Part shown: positions 11,874 through 24,322 of the stretch, one piece after another | Layout of the letters: the number at the start of each line of letters is the position of its first letter | How positions within the stretch are numbered: position 1 is the first letter of the stretch | Origin: Octopus sinensis | Lineage: Eukaryota | Reading direction: 5' to 3' | NCBI RefSeq assembly: GCF_006345805.1 | Contig: NC_042998.1 | Coordinates: 85,622,001-85,686,000 of the forward strand | DNA length: 64,000 nt | Notes under the pieces: model-generated | Database searches by the model: none | Told to the model about the DNA's origin: nothing | What the model saw: only the letters and a program-made list of their open reading frames with translations | Position numbers and translations under genes: made by a program

Positions 11874-12019
11874 GATACCTTGGCATTAAGAAAGGTATCC
11901 AGCAGTAGAATATCAGCATAGAAAAGGCAGACATGATAATCTCACACACACAAATAACATTTAGTAGTGGTCACTAAAACGAAATATGTAAAATAATATA
12001 GTTTGCACGAAATTAAAAA

Positions 12020-12161
12020 TTTTTTTTTTATAAAGCCAAAACAAAGCTAGTTACAAGAAAAAATATAAGTTAATCATTTCTCCAAATATTTCCTGAACAA
12101 GAAATGATTAACTTATATTTTTTCTTATAACTTGCTTTGTTTTGGCTTTATAAAAAAAAAA
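12020..12161. repeat. Inverted repeat with ~61-bp arms and ~20-nt loop
   Basis: 12020-12080 versus 12101-12161, two mismatches. Confidence 0.9.
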
Positions 12162-12289
12162 TCATGAAAATATTTCCAGAACCAGGCAAAAGTGCAAACT
12201 ATTGACCTGTATTTTTTCTTCTAATTTGCATTCTTTTAATTTTATAAAAAAAACTATTAAAAAGATTTAGAAGTATATAATCTCATTAC

Positions 12290-12468
12290 CTCATCACTAT
12301 TTTTAGGAAAATATTTCAGTGTTGGGAAGCTGTTAATTTTGATGTCTTCTAAATCATTGGCAGTAGCATCCATTTTGGCAACGACAATATCTTCACGATC
12401 CTTGAATTTCTCTCCCAATTCATCCCAGATTGGAGCCAACTGCTTACAGTGGCCACACCAAGGAGCAT
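12290..12468 (-). CDS. P4HB: PDI exon 9 (second active site [14 protein letters not shown]...[14 protein letters not shown])
   Basis: TTTCAG acceptor, WCGHC, KMDATAN and FPT motifs, donor GAG|GTAATG. Confidence 0.96.
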
Positions 12469-13719
12469 CTGAAAATGTAACAAGTAGCAAATATAATCAT
12501 AATGGAAAGAATTCCTTTAGATAATCCAAAATCAATTGCACTTAGCTCTCTCATTAAGATTTATGCAAAAACAAAGTCACAGAAATGATGTATCTGAAAG
12601 TTAAAAAGCTTGTTTTGAAACCAGATTTTGAGCTGTTCCACCATGGCATTTTGGGCAAGTATCCTCTCTAGCCCTGGACCCTATGGCTTGTGAGTGAATT
12701 TGGAAGATGGAAACTGTGTGGAAGCCCACTGTATACACACCTACACATGCATATACATTATCAGTTTGACTGGAAGTGGTAAGCCGAAGAGCTGTACCCC
12801 TCCAAACACTACTTAATGTACAGTTCAGCAAAAGAGTGACAGAGTAAATACTAGACTTAAAAGTAAGTACAGGTGTTAATCTTTTCAACTAAAACTGTTC
12901 AAGGTGAAGTTACAGCATGGCCACAGTCACATGACAAACACATAAAAAGTAACACTGAACATTTCCTTTCCAGTGCATAGGTTCCTGGGAAATGTATCCT
13001 TGATATGCAAAACAGTGGTTGGATAACAAAAATTATTGGCAATACTTAATTTCAGAGAATGAAGTGAAATATCTTAGCATTTTCTGAATTTATACACCAT
13101 TGCAATTTTGACATTTAAGAAATTTTTTTAAACCCAATTTTATGAGAAAATTATATCACTTTTCAATATTTTGTCTAAGAAAATTGATTTTTGTCAGTTT
13201 TCCTTTGTAAAATGTGGCTCTGTAATTAAGAAGTTTGCTTTAAAATAACACGGCTTCAGATTTGTTCCTGATGTGTAGCACTGGGCAAGAGGTTTTTTTT
13301 TTTTTTTTATTAAGCTCTGAGGTGATAAATATCTCGAAAATTTCTACCTAATGGAAAGCAGACTTAAGTAATATGTGTAGGCATGGTCATAGGCTTGAAG
13401 TTTGCTTTCCAACCACACAGTTTCAGGTTCAGTCCCTCTGCATGGTACCTTGGGCATCTGTCTTCTACAACAGGCCTGAGCTGACAAAAGACTTATCATT
13501 TCTTGCCTTGACTTTTCCTGATCGTTGTAAATGAGTGCCACCATCATGTAAGCAGCATGATGGTGCACTTTTCAATCTTCCATGAAAATATGTTGTGTCA
13601 TGGTAGAATATTGCCTCACATGGAAACAAATAAGGGTTGGCAACAGGCTGTAGAAAATCTATGTCAACAAAATCAGTCTGATCCATTGAGCACGGACAAG
13701 TGGATGTTTAAAAAACATG

Positions 13720-13757
<38 letters not shown>

Positions 13758-13816
13758 AGTGCATGCCAAACCCATATTAGCATGAAAAACATGGATGTTA
13801 AAATGATGATACTTAC

Positions 13817-13937
13817 AGAATTCAACAAACACATTCTTAGTCTTATCTTTGGCAACAGCATTGAAATTAGTACCCACTAAAATTTTTACTGGTTTAGCAT
13901 CCCATTCTTCTGGGAGATCAGCACTCATCATATGTTG
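13817..13937 (-). CDS. P4HB: PDI exon 8 ([25 protein letters not shown]...VFVEF), x-linker and a' start
   Basis: TTGTAG acceptor, LPEEWD..PVK.LVG.NF motif, phase-1 donor T|GTAAGT. Confidence 0.95.
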
Positions 13938-14838
13938 CTACAAGAAAAATATTGTATTGGCTAGATTAATTCTCTTAAAAGAGAACAATTATAAAACATT
14001 TTATATAAATATAAAGACACTTTTCTAATAATCACTCATTATCTGAAAATTTTACATTATAAAATGTTCTCACTTTGATGTGAGTACCTCTCTCTGTGTC
14101 ATTTTCTCAATTACAAATTAGCTTCCAAAGCCATTTTCCTTTCTTTGAATACAATAAGCAACAAATATTGAATTTATTTCGATTATTTTTTTTTCTCTAA
14201 ACATTTCCTGCTTCACCTTTGCTGAAAAGGGGTATAGAAGACCAAATTAAAACAAAGAGATATTAATAAATTTTAAATTAGCTGATGAAAAGACTATGAC
14301 ACTTTCAGACTGGAAAATTTGAATTATCCTTGAATAATTTCAAATGCAAGTTGAAAACTTCACCTAATCAAGCTCGTCACTCAAAGCTTCAACAAAAATT
14401 ATGTGAGTGCAAATGTAAATCTAAATTGTTGCAGTAAGCAATTGGTAGAATAATGTCTAAAGGTCAAAAGATAGCTTTTAAAAGTATGATATGGGCTATC
14501 TCTACAGATATTCTATAGGAATTAGAGCCAGCGCTGATTTATTATGTTGTGTAAACAATGTGATTGGAGATAGAAAAATAGGCAATGGGTGTATATGCAT
14601 ATTTTGGGAGCTTTTGCTCCTTCTTCAGCACCACATCCAACCCATTAACCATCCAGAAACACACTGCTTAAATAGTCATATGGTTATATAACAAAATACA
14701 GTGTCCCAATCAGCAATTAATGTTATACTGTCTCCTTAGAAAGGACACTTGAACTTAACCTATCCATTTATTGTAAATAGGTGCTATAGTAAGATTCTAC
14801 TATTTTAGTAAAGGGAAGAAATAATAAAATTTACATAC

Positions 14839-15039
14839 TTTAATTTTACCATCCAAAAAGTCTTGAACAAACTTTGTCATTGATTCAGTGGTAAGGTCTG
14901 TGGTTTGTGGTTTATATTTGGACATTTCATCATCTAAACGAATGAGTCTGATGGATGGACACTCTTCTTCCTTTAGACCAAAGAACTCCAAAATCCTCAT
15001 GTTGTCTTCATCTTCAATATCAATATTGATAAATAGAAC
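14839..15039 (-). CDS. P4HB: PDI exon 7 (VLFINID...RILEFFGLK...FLDGKIK)
   Basis: 67 codons, TTTCAG acceptor, AAA|GTATGT donor. Confidence 0.95.
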
Positions 15040-15071
15040 CTGAAATGAAAATAATTCATAGGTGCAAATAT

Positions 15072-15470
15072 GGCCATGTGGTTAAGAAGTTTGCTTTCTT
15101 CACTTATGGTTTTGGGTTCAGTCTCAGTGTGGAAACAAGGGCAAGTGTCTTCTACTATAGCCCCAGTAGTCCAAAATTTCTGATTCATTCCCACTGTATG
15201 ACACCTTGGGCAAATGTGTCTGCTATAGCCCTGGGCCAACCAAAGCCTTGTGAATGGACTTGTAGACAGAAACTGAAAGAAGGTAATCATGTGTATCTTG
15301 TCTTGACATCGTGTGATAGTTGTAAACAAGTGTCACTGTCATACAGGCAGGGTTCATTTCCTACCTTCAGCAAAATCATATCCAATCATGGAGAAATAAT
15401 ACCTCGCTCAGAAATGGCTGAAGATTGGCAACTGGAAGGGCATCCAGTTGCAGAAAACCTGCCTCAGTGA
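15072..15470 (+). mobile_element. SINE family B (tandem heads); other copies approx. 13370-13500, 31640-31795, 41995-42150, 44250-44400, 49640-49775, 61015-61170, 61375-61520
   Basis: Recurrent GTGGTTAAGAAG.TTGCTT...GGTTCAGTCC...CTTGGGCAAGTGTCTTCTACTATAGCC...GGAAACTGAAAGAAG. Confidence 0.8.
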
Positions 15471-15638
15471 ATTTTGTGTCGCCCATGATAAACAATGAAT
15501 TTCAATGAAATTTTTTTCTTTTAACTAAATTACTGAAAGCTTAAAGTAATGTAATAAACACAAAAATATACTCCTGAAGTTAAAACCAACAGAGCTGAAA
15601 TAAATAAACTAAAAGAATTTATGGCACTAAATACATAC

Positions 15639-15761
15639 CTTGCCTTTGAATTCTTTAGCAACAGTTTTAAAAGAATCAAGAAGAGTTTCTGGTTTTGTAG
15701 ATTTTTTCAAAAACAATAGAAGGTGGTTTTTGATGTCTCCACTGAATATTTTCTGGGCGGA
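15639..15761 (-). CDS. P4HB: PDI exon 6 (SAQKIFSGDIKNHLLLF...EFKGK), b' domain
   Basis: 41 codons, TTTAAG acceptor, AAG|GTATGT donor. Confidence 0.93.
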
Positions 15762-16570
15762 CTTAAAGATAAAAGAAAAGATTAATTTTGAAGCTGTTGA
15801 ATGAATGAAATATACTAGCAATTTTTCAATTAATAGTTTCCAACAGACAAGGCATGAAATTGTAGGAGGAAAGAGTAAGCTAATTCCATTGATCATAATA
15901 CTTTATTAGTGCTTGATTTTCTTGAACCCAAAATGAAAGGCAAAGTTAAGTAGATTATGACAAGATCTGAAATCAGATCAGCTAGAAGGAATACCACACT
16001 GCATTTTGTCCAATGCTCTAATGATTCTGCCAATCTATTGTCTTTCACTTAATACTAGTTTCTAATTTTGGCACAAGGCCACAACCATAGTGTTCAACTA
16101 ATACTTATTTTCCTGATCCCAAGGGGATGAAAATCAAATTCAACCTTGGCAGTCTTTCACTTAATATTAACTGTTGTGTTTTAGTTCTAATAAGTATAAT
16201 ATTCTCAGAATAAAGAAACACTACTTATTTTCAAATATATTTTTTTAAATATTTAAACTTCACAAAAACAGTTTTAGGTTATTCTTCAACAATGGACGTT
16301 TTAAATGAAAAATCCATCACTGACAAGATTTATTATATTGTCATGGATACTACATATTATAAGCCAAATGTGATTTGCAAATACAATCTTACAGCTTATA
16401 TCATTTACCAATAGCTCAAACAAGTCTGCCTGGATATGTTATAAAACGAACTAGATATGTGCAAAGTAATTTCAAAAATAAGCAGAATATTGAAAATTAT
16501 GCAAAAATTAAAATTATGTCTGAAAATGTTATATCCTCTTTACAATGCCCAAATAATGATAATTGGATAG

Positions 16571-17840
16571 TATCAGGTTATCCCATAAGTTCTGTCCGAA
16601 TTTTGAATATAGAAAACAAATGATAAAATGTTATATTTAATTATCAATGTACTTTCCCTGATTATCTATGACTTCCTTCCATCTATTTACAAGGTTTTTA
16701 ATCCCATCAATGTTAAACTAATTTGGTTTCAAAGCGAAGAATTCTGAAATGTCAGTTTCGACCTCCTCCAGGCTTGCAAAAGTTATGTCCCCCAAATGAT
16801 TCAGTAAACTACGAAACAAATGGTAGTCTGAAGGAGCAAGGTCGGGAGAATAAGGTGGATGAGGAATTTTTTCCCAACCAAGCTCTTTGATCTTCTGTGA
16901 TATGATCTTTGCAGGGTGGGGTTACGCATTGTCCTGATGAAACATCACTCCTTTTCGATTCACTAAAGTGGGTCTTTTTTTCTTCAAAACTTGGTTCAAA
17001 CACTCTAATGGCTGACAGTAGACTTGAGCATTGATTGTTGCATTAGGTGGTAACAATTCAAAGTGAATTAAACCTTAGCAATCCCATCAGATAGAGAGAA
17101 CCTTTTTCCCATGAAGTTCCCTTCTCGGTTGTGGTTGAGCTTTTTCCCTTTTATCAAGCCACTGTTTACAACATTTAACATTTCGATAGAAGATCCATTT
17201 TTCATCACCAGTCACAAGTCTATCCAGAAAGGGTGAAATGAGTTTGCGAGAATGGAGAGAAGAGCAGATGTCAACTCGGGATTTGCAGTTGCTTTCGGAC
17301 AATTCATGAGGTACCCATTTTCCAAGTTTAGGAACCTTTCCAAGTTGTTGAAGATGACGAATAGTTGTATGGTTTGAACTAAGCTTTATTGCCAATTCTT
17401 CAAATGATAATGCAAGATTTTCAAGTAATGCCTCAAGGAGCTTATCATCAAACTCAACTGGACGTCCTGTTCTATCTTCATCTTCAAGGTTGAAATCTCC
17501 ACTTCTGAATTTTGCAAACCATCTTCTGCAAGTTCTTTCATTCAAGCATTCTTTCCCATAAACTGAGTGTATGTTTCGAGTCACTTCAGCTGCAGAGTCT
17601 CCTATTTTGTACTCATAAAGCATTATGTGCTTTAAATGGTCATTGGATACTTCCATGTTAGAAAGGGTTTTAATCAAAGAAATTTTAACTATTATTCTGT
17701 AAAATAATATTTAATTAGTTTAAATGTACACAAATACATAAAAATAATTTTTAATTCCATTAGACATTCTAAAATACTATTAAATTTCATTCAATTTTAA
17801 AAAAGGTAAAGTCAGACAGAACTTATGGGATAACCTGATA
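16571..17840 (-). mobile_element. Full-length mariner (D,D34D) transposon, 1270 bp, in PDI intron 5
   Basis: Identical 26-nt inverted termini TATCAGGTTATCCCATAAGTTCTGTC, including the TA target site. Transposase motifs WVPHELS, TGDEKW, HQDNA, YSPDLAPSDY. Confidence 0.95.
16637..17656 (-). pseudogene. Mariner transposase pseudogene (340 codons, four in-frame stops, no net frameshift)
   Basis: Hand translation MEVSNDH...LSI*WDC*GL...QDNA*PH...SPDLAPSDY...KPN*F...GKYIDN*; 34 residues between the second and third catalytic D. Confidence 0.9.
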
Positions 17841-18145
17841 GTTGTTCAAAAAGATAAAAAAAAAAGAAAATATAAATGCTTTATATTACTTTAAACTAAT
17901 GAACATTTCTGCATGACAGGAAATATCAATTTCTTACATGTGCACAAGACCTCGAACTTATTGTTGAAAATTTTCTCAATGTACAAAAATAAATAGAAAA
18001 AATTGAAAGATGATCACTAAAATTCTACAGTACATTGAACTCACAAATTTATTTTTCGTTTAAAATATTTTTGACTATTTTTAAATGAAAGTAAATTACT
18101 CAGCAATAGAAAACTTATTTAATGTTAAATATCATTTATACTTAC

Positions 18146-18250
18146 TTCTTGGTTGAACTCAATAACAAGAGGTAGCTTATTAGCAACTACAAATGTTTCA
18201 ATATCTTTAGCTGTAAGTTTCCCATCAAATCGAACTTCTCCATCATCAAA
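18146..18250 (-). CDS. P4HB: PDI exon 5 (FDDGEVRFDGKLTAKDIETFVVANKLPLVIEFNQE)
   Basis: Translated by hand. 35 codons, TTTTTAG acceptor, GAA|GTAAGT donor, LPLVIEF motif. Confidence 0.93.
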
Positions 18251-19249
18251 CTAAAAATATAAACAAAATGCCATTGAAAACTTCACAACATTGTGAAACA
18301 CAAATAATTTGAAGATTTACATAGTAAACCATATGATCTATATATGGTATAGAAAATGGATTTTTTTCTTCTGTACCTCCATTAAAATCCACACAATAAG
18401 TCAGTATTCCAAAACTAGTTTCTAACACCATTTTTACATTATATTTCTACAATCTTTGTTGCCTAATTCACAACCTAATTCTTTACATATCCCCTCAAAG
18501 CATTTTTTCTATAAAACAACAGCATGTCTCTGACCAAATAAACAATTCACTCCATTTGTTAATAGGTCTGTTTTGAGGACCTGCAAGGTCATACAAATGA
18601 CTGTAGGTTGGAATAATTGGGATAATTATAAGGCAATTGACAATCAAAAGAATAATTAAACCCAAACAAATACCAAGTGGCAATGCGATAGCAAATAAGA
18701 AAGAACTGGTTCCAATTAGTTCTCCAAAATTCTGTCATAGGCAGGTGATTTCAATGGTGATGTCAGGAAACATGTATACCGGTATGTGTAGTGACTATGA
18801 TTGAGACTCTTGGAAGAGAGTTTGTATTTATTTTTCAATGCATGACTGAATTATAATTGCAATAAGAATTTCAGTAAACCAGCCTACAAAACACCTACCC
18901 ATGAAGTGGACATGAGAGTCAAATTGAATTTGAACTTAGCAAAATATTAAATATTTCTATGATTAGGGATGAACATATTAGTATGGGGAGATATGTAGAG
19001 AGATTTTAGGTTTGGAACAAGGAGACTCAGGAAAGAAATATGAAAGGGAGAAGGTATAGAACGTAAAAACATCTTTGTTAGTCTAAACTTACAATATGAC
19101 TAATGTGATGCCTAATACACTATAGAAGAGATAGAAATAGATGACATTCAGGATGATTGGAAATTACTAACAACCTGAGACAGAGCAAGAATCGTGGTGA
19201 TGTTGCAAGTGAAATAATGGTAAAATGATGGTACAGTGTTTAGGGTTAG

Positions 19250-20020
19250 AAGAGCTAAGTGACAGACTTGGAAGAAAACATGAAGAGATATCTAAAAGCC
19301 AGGGATGAAGTATGAAATGCTCTGTATTTCAGCAAAGAGAAAAACTGAAAATATGATGTTTTGGTAATATGTGTTGCAAAGATGAGAAGTGTGAAATGTT
19401 CTGAATTACAAAATAATGCAATTGTATGATTCAGGATTCTATTGGAGAGAAGTTGTGAAACAATCACTGGTGCACTTATTTTCAGTGAGAGAAAATAAAG
19501 AGGCATGTCTGTGCTATGTGAAGTTATTCAATGAGAAATAAGAGTTATTAAGGGACTACCTTAAGTGGAACCAACAGAGGGACCAGTTAGCTTCAGTACA
19601 ATTAGTAAGTCTGTTAAAGAAATTAAGGCAAAGAAAGCAGCAAGCTCATCAGAGATAGTTGCTGAGATGTTGGAAGCATCAGTTTATGTTAGTCACATGC
19701 TAGTCATTCAGTTAAGTAGTACAGGAAGGTGCTATCCTCAATCACTGGAATATCACTATCTGTTAGAATGGCAAAGAAGATGCTGTTGAGGAATAATTAC
19801 AGAGGATTTAAACTGAAAGACAAAGATCTTGAAAACATACTTTTACCATAAGTAATTCTGGTTAGCTTGGACAAGATGCACTTTAAATTTGTCTAACATT
19901 TTGCATTTGTTAATATAGGTATGGCATTTCATTGGTCATTTTGTCCTAAAGTTTGTTTGGTGCTAAATTTAGATCAATGCCTATGAGAGGTATGGGAACT
20001 ATGACAAAGGAATTAACAAC
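19250..20020 (+). pseudogene. Heavily decayed RTE-type LINE RT fragment
   Basis: Frame-broken peptides such as KAASSSEIVAEMLEAS and NNYRG.KLKD. Boundaries approximate. Confidence 0.55.
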
Positions 20021-22133
20021 AGGGCTAAGATTAACAGAAAATTCAATGAGGTTTTGTCTTTGGCAGCTTTTATATGGTCATGTCCAAGTTCCTAAAATAG
20101 AATTTGTGAAAGAGTTACAAAAAAAAAAATTAATGACAAAGACCATAATCCTACACCATTGCCAATAGAAAGTAGGACTGCTTGATACTCTATACTGAAT
20201 GTAAACAATGGGTAACAAAAGGGGTAGTGAGATCTTTGGCAGGCCAACATATTCAATTTGTGTCACTTTGGCATTTATTCAAAGCTGAAGCTTTTATCTT
20301 GAGTGTCTATGTGTTCCATCCTTTGACATAAGTTATCAACATCCAGAGGTTTTTTGATCCCTATTTAAGACATTTTATTTTGATGCCAAATAAAGTAAAA
20401 TACTCAAAAACAGAAATTGGATCTCTAAGAAAAACAATAGTTCTTTTTGAATGCTGATATAAAAGTTTTTCAGAAATCAAGGAATGCAATTAAACAGGAC
20501 ACTTTACATAGGTCACTGACTAAATTCAATAATCTATAGAGATTCAGACTTATGAATGCACACCAAGTGTTACTGAGGATATTATTTTGTTCAAAAACAA
20601 AACCAGTTGATCATTCATCTGTCATACATTTGTTAAGCAGGTTAGTCAGTAATTTTGCTGGTATTAGAAATATGAAAATGTCTGGAAAACCAAGTGGTTA
20701 ATAGTTAATGGAATTCTAGTGAAGATAACTTATAATTTTAAGGGTATATTATTTGAATGAGCCGTTGTATTTCTTGATCTGTCCAATGACAGATGACATT
20801 TTAGAAAATGGAGAGAATTGTGGCTTTCTAGATTATTTCTTCATTCTTTCTGTCTCAAGAATTTTATGGTGTTTGCAGATGATATCAACTTTGAAAGGTA
20901 TTTTGCAATTATACTTTTATAAACATGTGATCTAAATGGATGATGAGGAAAGAAAAAGTGAAATGGGCTACCATCTGTGAGTAAGACTAAGATGTGGCAA
21001 GTAATGATGAGGTTAGATCTCAGAACACTGTACCTCACAAAAGTGATGAAAGACCAAGACAGTATACAGCAGACCCATTCAACCCATGCTATATAGAAAG
21101 ATTGATAAAGTATAATGTGCAAAAGTATTAAGATTGTGGTGTGAAGGTATATTATTAGAGTTATGTAATATACAAGAAATTAAAGGATAAGATCTTTATA
21201 GATTAACATTCAAATGGAATGATCAAAAAATAGATTTGGTTAAAGTGATGTATGACCTTAGTCATTGTACAGAAACTTGAAATACATTATTTTAACTATT
21301 TAAAGTACAATGCAACACTAACAAAAACCATTTTAAAATTGCACTGGAACTTTTGCTAACAAAAATCAAGAGATGTTTGAGCTAAACTGAAACACCCAGT
21401 AAAATGGAATGCTATTCAAACATAAAATAGTTGAATATTTTACGAAGATGATTCCTTAAGAAAAAATATTGAAGAACTGTCTATGATGTTAGCTGGTGTG
21501 TAACAGTTGGTCTATAAATTTTAAGGAATAAAAGCAACTAAAAATTGAAGAGAGGATGGTTAAGGACAGGTCAGTTTATTCTCATCAATTCAGTTCTTTC
21601 ATGTATATCTGATCAAATAAATTTCAGAATAATTGGAGCAGCATTTGACCATCATGAATTAGAAATATACCGATGTCTGAAGACAAATCCAAATTTCTGT
21701 TAAATCAGATGGTTTCTAAAGTATTCAAACATTTGTTGATTCTGAATTTAGGCATTGATTTCCACTGATATTTGTAAAGTATTTGAAGGTAAAATCATCA
21801 TCACAGCAGGAAAACCAAGCCACTGATGCAACATACAAATAAAAAAAAAAAGTCGGACTCTTGTGGATCAAGCAGATTTTCACTGATTTAATAGCAAAAA
21901 CTGCATTGTGTGTAATCAAATGAGTTTTCACAATTTGATTCAGTTGAATTGTAATAATGATATAAAAATATATCAAATTTCTTAGATTTTTCAATAAAAA
22001 ATAAATTCCTAACAATTAAACCAGCTTTTAAAATGCAATAAATTTACAATTGACCTACAAAAATTGCATAGCATTTCATAATGAATTTCATTACAAAGAA
22101 GAAAAAAGATTTAAAAAAAACTAAAAACCATAC

Positions 22134-22271
22134 CTTTTTAAAAAGGATAATAGCATCTTTTTCAAGTCCGTGTTCTTTGAAGATGTCAGCATTGCTAGTG
22201 ATAGCAAAGGAAACATCATCAATGCTTGCAGCTGCTTCAGTAAAAGCTTTAGCATCAGCTGACTCAACATC
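22134..22271 (-). CDS. P4HB: PDI exon 4 (DVESADAKAF...IILFKK), b domain
   Basis: Not in the ORF track; translated by hand. 46 codons, TTGACAG acceptor, AAG|GTATGG donor. Confidence 0.92.
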
Positions 22272-22778
22272 CTGTCAAGATAAATTTTATGTGATAATTT
22301 GAAGAAAATTCAAGTGATTACTCAACAAAAAATAAAATCTTTTCTCCAGAATCTATATATAGGTTTAAGCTCATTTAGTTGGAAGGTTGGCCAACTCATT
22401 GCAAGCTGGCCTTGAAACATTTTCACAAAATTCATGTTATTCTTATAGCAACACAATTATTAGTCAAATTTTCTGCTAAGAAAAATCAATAAACACTAAA
22501 TTAAAATAAATCTCAAGTTAATTACAGTAAGTAACCTTTCAAAATTTATTTCAGAAATACTAACAATCTCTTCAATAATGGAGCAATGGAACCCACTCGA
22601 AATTTAGAGAATAGACATTGAAGCAGTACCATAACCAAAGTACACAGTACTTATCTTAATGTGATTACAAGTATTCAATATATTTTTTAAATACACACAT
22701 ATGTATGCATGTGAATTGAGTTTGTTTCTTCCCTTGACCCACTCAAAAATCTATGTTGGTTTCCTTACATCCCTGTAA

Positions 22779-23336
22779 CATCATCATCATCATCATCATC
22801 ATCATTTAGCGTCCGTTTTCCATGCTAGCATGGGTTGGACAGTTCTACTGGGGTCTGTGAAGCCAGAAGGCTTCATCAGGCCCAGTCAAATCTGGCAGTG
22901 TTTCTACGGCTGGATGCCCTTCCTAACGCCAACCACTCCGTGAGTGTAGTGGGTGCTTTTTACGTGCCACCCGCACTGGTGCCAGACAGAGCTGGCAAAC
23001 GGCCACGAACGGATGGTGCTTTTTATGTGCCACCGGCACGAGGGCCAGGCGAGGCTGGCAACGGACACGAAACGGGGCGGTGCTGGCAACGGTCGCGAAA
23101 CGGAAAGTTCTCTTACATGCCACCGGCACTGGTAACACATCTGCAATTTCCATTGATCGATTTCGATTCTGATCCTCACTTGCCTCAATGGGTCTTCACA
23201 AGCAGAGTTTCGACATGCCACCGGCACTGGTAGCACATCCGCAATTTCCATTGATCGATTTCGATTCTGATCCTTACTTGCCTCAACACGTCTTCACAAG
23301 TAGAGTTTTGTGTCCCAAGAAGGGAAGGTATGCATA
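22779..23336 (-). mobile_element. RTE LINE 3'-UTR-only copy, nearly identical to 9842-10398
   Basis: Same (CAT)n tail, same GTGCC-N3-GGCAC modules and same ~100-nt internal duplication; few differences by eye. Confidence 0.92.
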
Positions 23337-23414
23337 ATTAAGCAAAAGCAACCCTTCAAGACAGTACCCCAGTATGGCAGCAGTCCAATGACTGAAAGAA
23401 GATCAAGACTTGTA

Positions 23415-23880
23415 CATCATCATCATCATCATTTAACGTCCGTTTTTCATGCTGGCATGGGTTGGATGGTTTGACTGGAGACTGGCAAGCCAGGAGGCCA
23501 CACCAGGCTCCAGTCTGATCTGGCAGTATTTCTACAGCTGGATGCCCTTCCTAACACCAACCATTCCAAGAGTGTAGTGGCTGCTTTTTATGTACCACCG
23601 ACATGGGAGCAAGCCTGGCAGCAGCCACGTTTGGATGATGCTTTTTACATGCTACCGGCACAGGAGCCAGTCGGGGCGGGGAGGCTAGCATTGACTATGT
23701 TCGGATGGTGCTTTTTACGTGTCACTGGCACGGGAGGGCCAGTCAGGCGGCACTGGCAACGACCCATGCTTGCATGGTGCTTATTGCATGCCACCAGCAT
23801 GGGAGCCTGTCAGGTAGCACTGGCATCAGCCACAACTACAATTCCATTTAATTGTGATTTAATTTCACTTGACTCAATAG
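23415..23880 (-). mobile_element. Diverged RTE 3'-UTR/(CAT)n-tailed repeat. Further copies approx. at 448-581, 25030-25333, 33140-33335, 37370-37565, 42540-42700, 44100-44247, 46130-46270, 47395-47650, 54460-54605, 56450-56680, 58990-59230, 63510-63900
   Basis: Conserved core GGTTGGCRTTAGGAAGGGCATCCAGC...CCATGCYAGCATGGAAA...GTTAAAYGATGATG. Confidence 0.85.
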
Positions 23881-24322
23881 GTCTCCTCAAACATGGAATG
23901 TCGTCAGACGATTCAAAGGTACTTTTTAAATGGGCTGGTTATCCGTGCCGTGGGCACGTAACAAACACCATCCAATCGTAGCCGTTCGCCAGCCTCATCT
24001 GGCACCTGTGTCGGTGGCACATAGGAAAAACACCGAAAACACCATATCCGAGCGTGGCCGTCTGCCAGCCTCGTCTGGCACCTGTGTCGGTGGCACATAA
24101 AAAACACCATCCGAGCGTGGCCGTCTGCCACCTGTGTCGGTGGCACATAAAATCACCCACTACACTCTCGGAATGGTTGGCGTTAGGAAGGGCATCCAGC
24201 TGTAGAAACACTGCCAGATCTGACTGGCCTGGTGTAGCCTTCGGGCTTGCCAGACCCCAGTTGAACCGTCCAACCCATGCTAGCATGGAAAGCGGATGTT
24301 AAACGATGATGATGATAATGAT
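23880..24322 (+). mobile_element. RTE 3'-UTR copy, close relative of 56812-57170, antisense to PDI
   Basis: Shared GTGCCACCGACACAGGTGCC modules; (GAT)n tail at 24305-24322. Confidence 0.85.
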
